Below the pieces are notes generated by a model that searched no databases, was not told where the DNA came from, and saw nothing but the letters and a program-made list of their open reading frames with translations. A stretch of 51,376 nt of DNA. Origin: an uncultured Dehalococcoidia bacterium. Its GTDB lineage: Bacteria; Chloroflexota; Dehalococcoidia; Lucifugimonadales; UBA826. This document shows, in pieces, positions 9,870 through 18,373 of this stretch; position 1 is the stretch's first letter; the number at the start of each line of letters is the position of its first letter. The position numbers were made by a program, and so were the translations under genes. The stretch spans positions 1 through 51,376 of the forward strand of contig CAYFIW010000006.1 in assembly GCA_964343265.1 (NCBI GenBank), written 5' to 3'.

Positions 9870-10190
9870 CTAACCTAGAGGAATGAAAGTAAATGCAACG
9901 AGTAAGGCTACTATCACTGTTGCAACGATACCTATTTGTCGAATTTCTCTACCCAAATATTCATATGTAAGATTGTTTCCCGGTGTAGTAGATATAACTG
10001 GCGCTCTCTTAGGGGTGTTGGTTTGTTTCGGAAGAGTTACACTAGCGCTTTTCACTGGGGTGATGACTTCTTCTGAATCACTTTCTAATGTAGATTCCCT
10101 TCTGGAGTCTACAACTTGTGTTCTACCTTTTCGACGTTTGTTTCTGAGTTGAGCTTGCCGAGAAGCTCTTTGTTTGCCTTTGCTTGGCAT
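9870..10190 (-). CDS. Hypothetical protein with basic N-terminus and C-terminal TM anchor
   Basis: SD AGGAG before ATG; lies co-oriented between xerD and uvrC; ends in a hydrophobic helix after YEYLGREIRQI. Confidence 0.7.
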   Translation of the reverse strand: MPSKGKQRASRQAQLRNKRRKGRTQVVDSRRESTLESDSEEVITPVKSASVTLPKQTNTPKRAPVISTTPGNNLTYEYLGREIRQIGIVATVIVALLVAFTFIPLG

Positions 10191-10223
10191 TACTAATTCT
10201 CCTACGTGGTTATCTTGAAATTA

Positions 10224-11189
10224 TTATATACGTGCATGCGGGTGGGCGGACTCGTATTCTTCTCTAATAAATTCTGTACTTAGATGCGTGTATATTTGCG
10301 TTGTAGAAATACTAGCATGTCCAAGCAGTTCCTGAACGTGCCTTAGAGGAGCTCCTCCTTGCAATAAATGTGTGGCAAAGCTGTGGCGTAAAGTATGAGG
10401 CGATATATTGTCAGACAATCCACTCATTTCCCCGTATTTTCGGATCAATTCCCAAAATGCTTGGCGGGTGATTCTGCTTCCCCTCTTATTTAAAAAAAGC
10501 GCTTTTTCGGTGTTTTTGTTGGACAAAGATGGTCGGGCCTTCTCAATATAAAGTTTTAACGATTTTGAGGCCTGTTTGTGAAACGGAACGAGTCTCTCTT
10601 TCCTTCCTTTTCCCATGCATCTTACTATTCCATATTGCAAATCTATACTGTTGGTGTTCAGAGAGATGAGTTCATTCGCTCTTAGACCACTTGCGTAAGA
10701 AAGCTGTAGCATCGATTCATCTCGGATTGCTGTGTTAGAGGAAGAGTTCCTGAGAGGTGTAGTAACTAAATTGCGGGCTTGTTCTGGAGAGATTGTTTTA
10801 GGAAGGACACGTCCTAGTTTTGGCATAGGTATGTCTTGCGAAGGGTTGCGAGTTATTTCACCTTCCATGTGTAGGAACGTGAAAAATGAACGGACTGTTG
10901 CAACCTTTCTGGACCTTGTCGAGGATTTTAGGCCCAAACCACCTAAATTTACCAAGAATCCTGAAATGATGTCGGCATTAATGTTTTTTATGTCATTACG
11001 GAGATTTGAATTAAGATTTTGCTCTATGTGAGTACAAAATTGTTTGAGATCAGTTTTATATGACGATATTGTGTTTTGCGATGCACCACGCTCAACCAAC
11101 ATGTAGTGAGCAAAATTTTCAATGTGAGTATTAAATATGTCCCTAAATTTGCATTGGGCTTTAGAATTAATGGAATTTAATTGCATCAT
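10224..11189 (-). CDS. xerD: Tyrosine recombinase XerD
   Basis: ERGASQNT..SY..DL, SGLRANEL, GKGRKER, HTLRHSFATH, LGH, TQIY; catalytic set intact. Confidence 0.9.
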   Translation of the reverse strand: MMQLNSINSKAQCKFRDIFNTHIENFAHYMLVERGASQNTISSYKTDLKQFCTHIEQNLNSNLRNDIKNINADIISGFLVNLGGLGLKSSTRSRKVATVRSFFTFLHMEGEITRNPSQDIPMPKLGRVLPKTISPEQARNLVTTPLRNSSSNTAIRDESMLQLSYASGLRANELISLNTNSIDLQYGIVRCMGKGRKERLVPFHKQASKSLKLYIEKARPSLSNKNTEKALFLNKRGSRITRQAFWELIRKYGEMSGLSDNISPHTLRHSFATHLLQGGAPLRHVQELLGHASISTTQIYTHLSTEFIREEYESAHPHARI

Positions 11190-11203
11190 GGTTAAATCTT
11201 ACC

Positions 11204-11231
11204 TTGACACCTCTGCGTTGGAGGATAATAT
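11204..11231 (+). promoter_or_regulatory. Candidate sigma70 promoter for lgt
   Basis: TTGACA-N16-TAATAT. Confidence 0.55.
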
Positions 11232-11273
11232 TTCAACCATAATTTTGAGAATTTTTTGAGGCAACTTAGTTAA

Positions 11274-12125
11274 ATGATAGAGATTGAATCCAGTCCATTT
11301 CTAGTCGAGTTTGGTTCACTAATACTTAGTTGGCATGGAGTGTTTAGCTTTATAGCAGTCGCTGCTGCCGTTTTTTTGGTTGGTCGTTGGGCAACATTGA
11401 GAAATGTTGACCCCGACGATATTTACTCAATTGCTATGTGGGCAATTATAGGAGGTATAGTCGGTGCTAGGTTGGTCCATATTATAGATAATTTGGATAT
11501 CTATATGGATAATCCGGGTAAGATTTTGGCAATATGGACGGGAGGTATAGGTTTGTGGGGTGGTATCCTAGGGGGGTTTGTCGGTGGTGCAGGGTATGCG
11601 GCTTTAGCGAAGTACCCGGTGGGAGTTGTTGCTGATCTGACCGCTCCAGCTATGTTATTTGTACAGTCAATTGGCAGATTAGGAGACATAGTCAATGGTG
11701 AACATTGTGCTAAGGCGACAAACCAGTTTTTTGGATTCATATGGACTCACTCTGAGAGTGCGGCTAGGTATTGCGCAAATGGTCTAGGGGTTGGAGTCCA
11801 ACCTGTGATCGCATTCGAAATATTATGGAATTTGTCGTGTTTATGGATAATTTGGACCCTTAGAAACAGATTGAAACCATCTGGGATGTTGTTTGCCCTG
11901 TATTTGTTTTTCTATGCTGCGGGTAGGTTTATTGTAACTTTCTTCAGGGAGGACCGTATCTGGGCATTTGGATTACAAGAAGCCCATTTTATAGCAATTA
12001 TGGTCCTTGTTATCACCGTGCCTCTTCTGGCATTCAAGGCAAGATTAGGGGATCCTGAGGAAGTGAAAAGAGAATTTATTGACTCTGTACCTAGACGGAG
12101 CAGGGCTGAGAGAAGGAGAGAATGA
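11274..12125 (+). CDS. lgt: Prolipoprotein diacylglyceryl transferase (divergent)
   Basis: GGIVGARL, QSIGRLGDIVNGE, GRFIVTFFRED; multi-TM protein. Confidence 0.85.
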   Translation: MIEIESSPFLVEFGSLILSWHGVFSFIAVAAAVFLVGRWATLRNVDPDDIYSIAMWAIIGGIVGARLVHIIDNLDIYMDNPGKILAIWTGGIGLWGGILGGFVGGAGYAALAKYPVGVVADLTAPAMLFVQSIGRLGDIVNGEHCAKATNQFFGFIWTHSESAARYCANGLGVGVQPVIAFEILWNLSCLWIIWTLRNRLKPSGMLFALYLFFYAAGRFIVTFFREDRIWAFGLQEAHFIAIMVLVITVPLLAFKARLGDPEEVKREFIDSVPRRSRAERRRE

Positions 12126-12144
12126 CGGTTACAGTCTTATGATT

Positions 12145-13830
12145 TTAAGCATTTTTCTTAAAATCTTCGATAGTTAATTGAACAGAATCATTACCCTTCC
12201 AATGATTTATCCCTGGGCTATAGACAATATCTATTTCACCTCTTGCTTCCTTCAATCGGCTTCCTTGTCTAAATGCCATTGCTTCTATAATCGAGCTTCC
12301 TTGTTGGACAGTAAGTTTCAGGTGGGTTTTGTCTTTTCCGACACTTCTGCTATCTAATACAGAAATTCCTTTGGTTAGAAATACGGGGGCTGGGTTGCCG
12401 TTGCCATAGGGTTCTAATGAACTCAAAAAACTTAGAGATTCCCTATTGATCCAATTCAAGTCAATTTCGGTATCTATATCCAGAACTACTTTTCTCTCTA
12501 GATTTTCAAGTAATTCATCGGCAACAGACGTCATCTGTTGCCGAAAAGTTTTAAGGTTTTTGCTTTTTATGGTAAATCCGGCGGCCATATGATGGCCTCC
12601 ATATTTTTCGAAAATATTTGAACAAGTTCTCAAAGCGCCTATCATGTTAAATTCAGGTATGCTTCTTGCACTAGCTCTTATATAATCACCCTCGCCGGAC
12701 GCTGCTATAACGGGTCGGTTATATTCCTCCGATAGCCGTCCTGCAATCAGGCCTAGAATACCTGGCATCCATTGCTGTTTACCAGCAAAAATTATATTTG
12801 GCGTTGAGGATCCTTTCTCTTTTAATAATTGAGACTTTGCCTCGAGTATTGCTCGTTCTGTCATGATTTGGCGCTGCTTGTTCAGAACTTCCAACTTACT
12901 GGCAATTTTGTCCGTCTCTTCTAGTGAGTCGCTCAGTAACAGTTGAAGGCTGAGTTTAGCGTGGTCTAGTCTGCCAGCTACATTTATGCGAGGAATTATT
13001 CCATAAGAAAGATTCTCGGTAGAAAGTGTGCTTTTTGAGAATCCTGATATTTTGATTAGAGAATCTATGCTCGGTATAGGTTGATGATTTATTACATTCA
13101 TCCCTTTGTTGGATAGGAACCTGTTTTCGTCTTTCATTAACCCGACATCGGAAATAGTACCTAAAGCTACTAAAGCATAAAGGTGATCTGGGATATTGCT
13201 CTTATATTTTTCATAGAGAGCTTGGATAACTTTAAATGCCGTACCGACCCCTGTCAGATGATCAAAAGGATATTCGGAAGTGGGAAGGGAAGGATTTATT
13301 ATTGATACTGCGTCAGGTAAGGTGTCATCTGGTACGTGATGGTCGGTGACTATGGTTTCTATTCCTAATTTTTTTGCAGTATTGATTTCATTAAATGAAG
13401 TAACTCCGCAATCTACAGTTATTAGAAGTGATACTTCATTTTCTTTAAAAAAGTCTATTGATTCATCACTTATACCATGACCTTCTAATGTACGATGAGG
13501 TATATAAGGATGCACCGATGCTCCAAGGTTGGCCAATCCTCTTGCAAGGACTGCCGTTCCAGTCAGGCCGTCAGTGTCAAAGTCTCCGAATATGCCGATT
13601 TTCTCTTTGTTTTTTATGGCGAATTGCAGGCGTGATATGCATTTGTCCATTCCTTGAAATAAATACGGGTCGTGAAGGTTACTCGAAGATGGGTTGATGA
13701 AGGCATCTGCTTCATTCCTAGAAGTTATACCCCTGTGGAAAAGTATTGTTGCTTTTGCCTTTGAGAGTTGAAGCTGATTGGCTAACGAACTATTAGCCTC
13801 AGGTAGGATGTTCCAATCGTTGTATATCAC
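12145..13830 (-). CDS. recJ: ssDNA-specific exonuclease RecJ
   Basis: GDFDTDG, TVDCG, TDHH, PRINVAGR, GGHHMAAG. Confidence 0.96.
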   Translation of the reverse strand: MIYNDWNILPEANSSLANQLQLSKAKATILFHRGITSRNEADAFINPSSSNLHDPYLFQGMDKCISRLQFAIKNKEKIGIFGDFDTDGLTGTAVLARGLANLGASVHPYIPHRTLEGHGISDESIDFFKENEVSLLITVDCGVTSFNEINTAKKLGIETIVTDHHVPDDTLPDAVSIINPSLPTSEYPFDHLTGVGTAFKVIQALYEKYKSNIPDHLYALVALGTISDVGLMKDENRFLSNKGMNVINHQPIPSIDSLIKISGFSKSTLSTENLSYGIIPRINVAGRLDHAKLSLQLLLSDSLEETDKIASKLEVLNKQRQIMTERAILEAKSQLLKEKGSSTPNIIFAGKQQWMPGILGLIAGRLSEEYNRPVIAASGEGDYIRASARSIPEFNMIGALRTCSNIFEKYGGHHMAAGFTIKSKNLKTFRQQMTSVADELLENLERKVVLDIDTEIDLNWINRESLSFLSSLEPYGNGNPAPVFLTKGISVLDSRSVGKDKTHLKLTVQQGSSIIEAMAFRQGSRLKEARGEIDIVYSPGINHWKGNDSVQLTIEDFKKNA

Positions 13831-13874
13831 GTGCTATTTATATGATGGAAGATCAAATTGATGTCTCGCGCTTG

Positions 13875-15110
13875 TTAAGAATTTTTAAACAAAAGTGATG
13901 CATTGTGTCCACCAAATCCAAAAGAATTACTCATTGTAAACGACAATTCTTTTTCCCTCTTGTTGTTTGGAGTATAGTCGAGGTCACAATCTGCGTCAGG
14001 AGTTGTCAGATTAATAGTAGGCGGAATAATTGCTTTTTCTAAAGCCATTACTGAAACAACGGCTTCTAAAGCTCCGCTTGCACCCAATAAATGTCCTGTC
14101 ATAGATTTTGTTGAACTGATTGGGATAAATTTGGCAGATTCTCCAAACACAGATTTCATAGCCATGGTTTCAAATTTGTCGTTTAATGGTGTCGAAGTCC
14201 CATGAGCATTTATGTAGTCAATCTCCTCGGCTGATATCTGAGCCTGCATGAGTGCTTTTGTCATGGCACGGGCACCACCTTCCCCCTCAGGACCAGGCTG
14301 AGTTATGTGATTTGCATCTGCCGTGGCTCCATACCCGACTATTTCCGCAATTGGGCTGGCTCCCCTGTTTATCATTGATGTTTCAGTTTCAATGATTAAT
14401 ACCCCTGCTCCTTCCCCGAGGACAAATCCATCACGATCAGAATCGAAAGGTCTGGAAGCCCCCTTCGGATCATCGTTTCTTTTAGAAAGAGCTTGACATG
14501 CATTAAACCCTGCCACGCCTACGGGACATATGGCTGCCTCGGCTGCACCCGTAATAGCAATGTCTACGTCACCTCTACGTATTGCTTCGAAAGCCATACC
14601 AATTGAGTCTGCTCCGCTAGCACATGCTGAAACAGTACTGTAATTTGCACCTTTTGCACCTGTCATTATTGAAACCTGACCTGATGCCATGTCTGGAAGC
14701 ATCATCGGAACCAAAAAAGGACTAACTCTTGATGGCCCTCTTTTGTTCAGAACACCTATTTGATCGGACAAAGTCATGATTCCGCCAATACCGCTTGCAA
14801 TCATCACCGAAATTTTCTCACAGTTTTCAGGGGTTACTTTAAGCTCGCTTTTTTCAATTGCCTCTAAGGATGCTGCAGCCGCAAATTGGACAAATCTATC
14901 CATTCGTCTTGCTTGTTTTTTTCCAACATAAATTTCTGGGTCAAAGTCAGTGACTTCTGCAGCGAAGGTCGTATCGAACCCTTCTGCATCAAACGAAGAT
15001 ATTGAATCAACCCCAGACCTTCCTTCACATAGTCCTTCCCAAGTTTTATCGCTTGTTAATCCAACTGGACTAACTGCCCCATATCCCGTAACAAAAACCC
15101 TTTCTGACAT
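13875..15110 (-). CDS. fabF: 3-oxoacyl-ACP synthase II
   Basis: SACAS, INAHGTST, KSMTGHLLGA, SNSFGFGGHN. Confidence 0.96.
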   Translation of the reverse strand: MSERVFVTGYGAVSPVGLTSDKTWEGLCEGRSGVDSISSFDAEGFDTTFAAEVTDFDPEIYVGKKQARRMDRFVQFAAAASLEAIEKSELKVTPENCEKISVMIASGIGGIMTLSDQIGVLNKRGPSRVSPFLVPMMLPDMASGQVSIMTGAKGANYSTVSACASGADSIGMAFEAIRRGDVDIAITGAAEAAICPVGVAGFNACQALSKRNDDPKGASRPFDSDRDGFVLGEGAGVLIIETETSMINRGASPIAEIVGYGATADANHITQPGPEGEGGARAMTKALMQAQISAEEIDYINAHGTSTPLNDKFETMAMKSVFGESAKFIPISSTKSMTGHLLGASGALEAVVSVMALEKAIIPPTINLTTPDADCDLDYTPNNKREKELSFTMSNSFGFGGHNASLLFKNS

Positions 15111-15312
15111 ATGAATGCTCCATGTTTATGGCTGGAATCATTATCATTTTTAAGATTAATGGCGCGACGCACCAATAAGTATTTATGACGAATCCAACTC
15201 TATATTAAATGTCTTTATATATGAACTTCTCTGCGATTATAACAACAGTCAACTTATGCCTACAGTGTTCTATCGATGAAATTTCTAAAACATAACCAAA
15301 AGAAACCACTAA

Positions 15313-15906
15313 TTATTTTCTAATTAATAGGGCTCTTACCGGAGATCCATCACGAGCTGATGTTTTCATTGGCAGTAACATATAGCGATATATTCCCGAT
15401 ATGGTTGAGGAAAGCTCTAAACTCTCTACGACCCAAATTTTCTGAGAAAGTATATTTTTATGGTTTAAAAAGGATTTTGTGGATTCATCGTCAATTGACA
15501 ATAAATCTGTACCTATTAACTCGATTCCAAGTTCTTTGAACTCTTTTGCTAGAAGACAGGTTATTAAAGGAAATTGTTGTGTCTCGTATGATTTCTTAAA
15601 TATTAGGAATTGAATACCGTTATATTCAATTCCTTCTTTGATTTTAGCTAAAGGTTCGTCAGATTTTATTACTAATGCTTTGCCTTCTGAGAGCTGTAAA
15701 GGGAAACCGGCAATTGAATCTCCGTTCCTAATTACGTGGAATGGGGCGTCAATATGTGTCCCTGTATGTGAACCCAATGATAATTTGGAAATAATCGGAT
15801 CTCCGGTTTCATTGTGGGTTTCAGATATCACCTGGACGAATGGATCTCCAGGGTATGTTTCCATGTCAGGTTTTATGGTTCTAGTTATGTCTATGTATTT
15901 AACCAA
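15313..15906 (-). CDS. Cyclase family protein (kynurenine formamidase-like)
   Basis: YPGDP, HTGTHIDAP, GTD..SID, VESL, DGSPVRA; start placed at the TTG before KYIDIT. Confidence 0.8.
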   Translation of the reverse strand: MVKYIDITRTIKPDMETYPGDPFVQVISETHNETGDPIISKLSLGSHTGTHIDAPFHVIRNGDSIAGFPLQLSEGKALVIKSDEPLAKIKEGIEYNGIQFLIFKKSYETQQFPLITCLLAKEFKELGIELIGTDLLSIDDESTKSFLNHKNILSQKIWVVESLELSSTISGIYRYMLLPMKTSARDGSPVRALLIRK

Positions 15907-15990
15907 GTATTTTATTCTCACTATTTCTGTCGTAAGGCGTAAAATAATATCTATTATCAATATAAGTATGATTGCAAAAAAGGCGATGAT

Positions 15991-17280
15991 TTGCGAAAAG
16001 TTGCTATAGAAACATTGGGTTGCAAGTTAAATCAGGCAGATTCCTTGAAAATGGGAGACGAATTTTCAAGTGCTGGTTTTAGTTTAGTAGATACTGAATC
16101 AGAATGTGATATCTACATCATAAATACCTGCACTGTCACACATGTGGCCGATCGAAAGGGTAGACAGTCTATAAGACGTGCGAAACGTAACAATCCTGAC
16201 TCTCTTGTTGTCGTGACGGGATGCTACGCAGAAAAGGATCGAATTAGCCTAGAGAAATTGGCAGAAGTTGATCTGGTTGTTGGTAACACCCAAAAGTCTG
16301 AAATAGTTAATTTGACTCTGAATGAACTAGCTATGAGGCCATTTTCGAGGTTGGAAAGGTCCGGTGGTGAACATCTTTCAGAAGGGATACAAAATACAAA
16401 TAGAGCGATGCTTAAAATACAAGAAGGATGTGATCAGATGTGCTCATATTGCATTGTTCCAAAAGTAAGAGGAAGAGAACGCAGTGTGCCAGTTAATGAT
16501 TTAATTGATCAGGCAAATGATTTACATTCGCGAGGTTATAAAGAGATTGTACTTACGGGTACTCAACTAGGAAGCTACGGATTTGAGTTTGATAACACCT
16601 CACTGAAGACTTTGCTTAATGACCTCATCACAAATACTGACATAGGAAGGATTAGGGTTTCTTCTGTCCAACCTCAGGAGTTCTCCGATGAATTGTTAGA
16701 TCTTTGGGATAGCGGTAGATTATGTCCACATTTCCATATTCCTCTTCAGAGCGGTAGTGATCGAATACTAGCATTAATGAGGCGTAGATATGACTCAAAA
16801 TTATTTCTAGAGTCAATTGAGAAAGTTCGGTCAAGAGTGGATAAAGCTTCAATAACAACCGACGTCATTGTTGGATTTCCAGGCGAAACTGAGAGAGACT
16901 TCATTGCTACGAAATCGGTTTGTGATCTGGCAAAATTTTCTGATATGCATGTGTTTAAATTCTCAAAGCGTAATGGAACTATTGCCGCTCATTTGCAAGA
17001 CGATGTTTCTTATCAGGTTAAGACTAGACGGTCCCGGGAGTTGATAACAATGGGAGAAAAATATTTCTCCGACTTTAGAATGAAAATGGATGGATCTTCT
17101 GAAAATGTTCTATGGGAAACCAAAAGTGTTAGTGCCGGAAGACCTAAATTTATATATGGATTAACTGAGAATTATGTGAGAGTAAAGGGGAAGTATGAAT
17201 CATTAGAGTCTGACTTAGAAGAACTGGTAGTGAAATATGATGTTTCGAATCCTGTTGGGCCTATGATTGCGTGTCATTAA
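15991..17280 (+). CDS. mtaB: t6A37 methylthiotransferase (radical SAM)
   Basis: TLGCKLNQ, NTCTVT, VTGCYA, CDQMCSYC, PHFHIPLQSG; the true start may be more complex (see findings). Confidence 0.92.
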   Translation: MRKVAIETLGCKLNQADSLKMGDEFSSAGFSLVDTESECDIYIINTCTVTHVADRKGRQSIRRAKRNNPDSLVVVTGCYAEKDRISLEKLAEVDLVVGNTQKSEIVNLTLNELAMRPFSRLERSGGEHLSEGIQNTNRAMLKIQEGCDQMCSYCIVPKVRGRERSVPVNDLIDQANDLHSRGYKEIVLTGTQLGSYGFEFDNTSLKTLLNDLITNTDIGRIRVSSVQPQEFSDELLDLWDSGRLCPHFHIPLQSGSDRILALMRRRYDSKLFLESIEKVRSRVDKASITTDVIVGFPGETERDFIATKSVCDLAKFSDMHVFKFSKRNGTIAAHLQDDVSYQVKTRRSRELITMGEKYFSDFRMKMDGSSENVLWETKSVSAGRPKFIYGLTENYVRVKGKYESLESDLEELVVKYDVSNPVGPMIACH

Positions 17281-18113
17281 ATTTCTTTAGGTAGTAGGTG
17301 TGGTCTCCCATTCCATTCTTCTACATAGCCAGATCGGTTTTCCTGACCATGACCAAATACGATTATCCATCCTTCTTTCATTGCCATGTCCAGAAGTTCT
17401 TTTTTCTGAACGAGAGTTTCATTTGGGAATTCGTCCGCGGCCGCAATAAAATTTGCTTGTAGGTGGTAGGCCGTAGGAATTAGATCACCTGCGAATACAA
17501 TTCTTTCGCTTCCCATGTTGACCATGACCATCTGGTGGCCTTTCGATGGGCCATCTGCGACTTTCAAGGTAACACCTGGGGCGATCTCAGTATCTCCATC
17601 TACTAACTCAATAAGACCTTTCTCTTGCAAAGGCAAAAAGTCTTCAGAGTGAAATGCGTCTTCGTATCTTTCATTGGGTGAGATAGCTTCGCTCCAACAA
17701 TCTTTTTGCACCAGATGCCGTGCCCGAGGAAAAATAGGGACGGCTGCTCCAGTTCTATTTAGCTTCGTGCATCCTCCAGAATGGTCGAAATGAAGGTGAG
17801 TTAACACGACTATATCTATGTCTCGAGCATTTAAATCAAACTCTTTTAAGTTTCTTATTAGTTTGTTTCCGTTAATGTGATGAGATTCTTTGAGTTCATC
17901 TGTTCTTTTATTACCAACCCCTGTATCAACAAGGATGTTTGCCGTGGGTGTTTGGATAACCATACTATTCATTGCAAACCGAACTCTGTTACGTCTATCA
18001 GGTTTTATTTGCGTTTCCCATTCTGTTCTCGGTACCTGACCGAAAGCATAACCTCCGTCGACCATCAGGGTTCCGTCAGAAATTAAATTTACCTTATTGT
18101 CGTCATAGTTCAT
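17277..18113 (-). CDS. MBL-fold metallo-hydrolase (YtnP-like)
   Basis: DGG..FG.VP...W, VDTG, THLHFDHSGG, GDLIPT, FGH. Confidence 0.88.
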   Translation of the reverse strand: MNYDDNKVNLISDGTLMVDGGYAFGQVPRTEWETQIKPDRRNRVRFAMNSMVIQTPTANILVDTGVGNKRTDELKESHHINGNKLIRNLKEFDLNARDIDIVVLTHLHFDHSGGCTKLNRTGAAVPIFPRARHLVQKDCWSEAISPNERYEDAFHSEDFLPLQEKGLIELVDGDTEIAPGVTLKVADGPSKGHQMVMVNMGSERIVFAGDLIPTAYHLQANFIAAADEFPNETLVQKKELLDMAMKEGWIIVFGHGQENRSGYVEEWNGRPHLLPKEI

Positions 18114-18373
18114 TCATAACCATCCTTTGAAAAACAAGGCGACTATCAGAGACTCTATAGGGATTAGTAAGTCATGTTTTAACTGCTTGGCAGCCATTCA
18201 AGTGAGCCTAATATAAAATATTAAAAGGTCTCAGTGCGAGCTCTATGGTGACTTATATTACTTAAATGAAATCCCACTAATGAGAAACTAGTGAATTATG
18301 TACCCAACAGTCAATTGGAATGAGCACCATTTTTTGGACATTATGCATGGTTGGTGGTGCTATTTCTGATAAA

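Noticed and set aside
10224-11189. Tyrosine recombinase as a prophage or island integrase
   Set aside because: XerD-type sequence among housekeeping genes, with no att sites or mobile cargo
18114-18116. TGA as selenocysteine readthrough into the MBL gene
   Set aside because: The position is not a Cys-equivalent site, no SECIS-like hairpin was recognised, and the MBL gene has its own SD and ATG
15243-18314. Shared 10-mer CAACAGTCAA (15243-52, 18305-14) upstream of fabF and the MBL gene
   Set aside because: Largely explained by a -35-like TTGACT on the minus strand; only two copies
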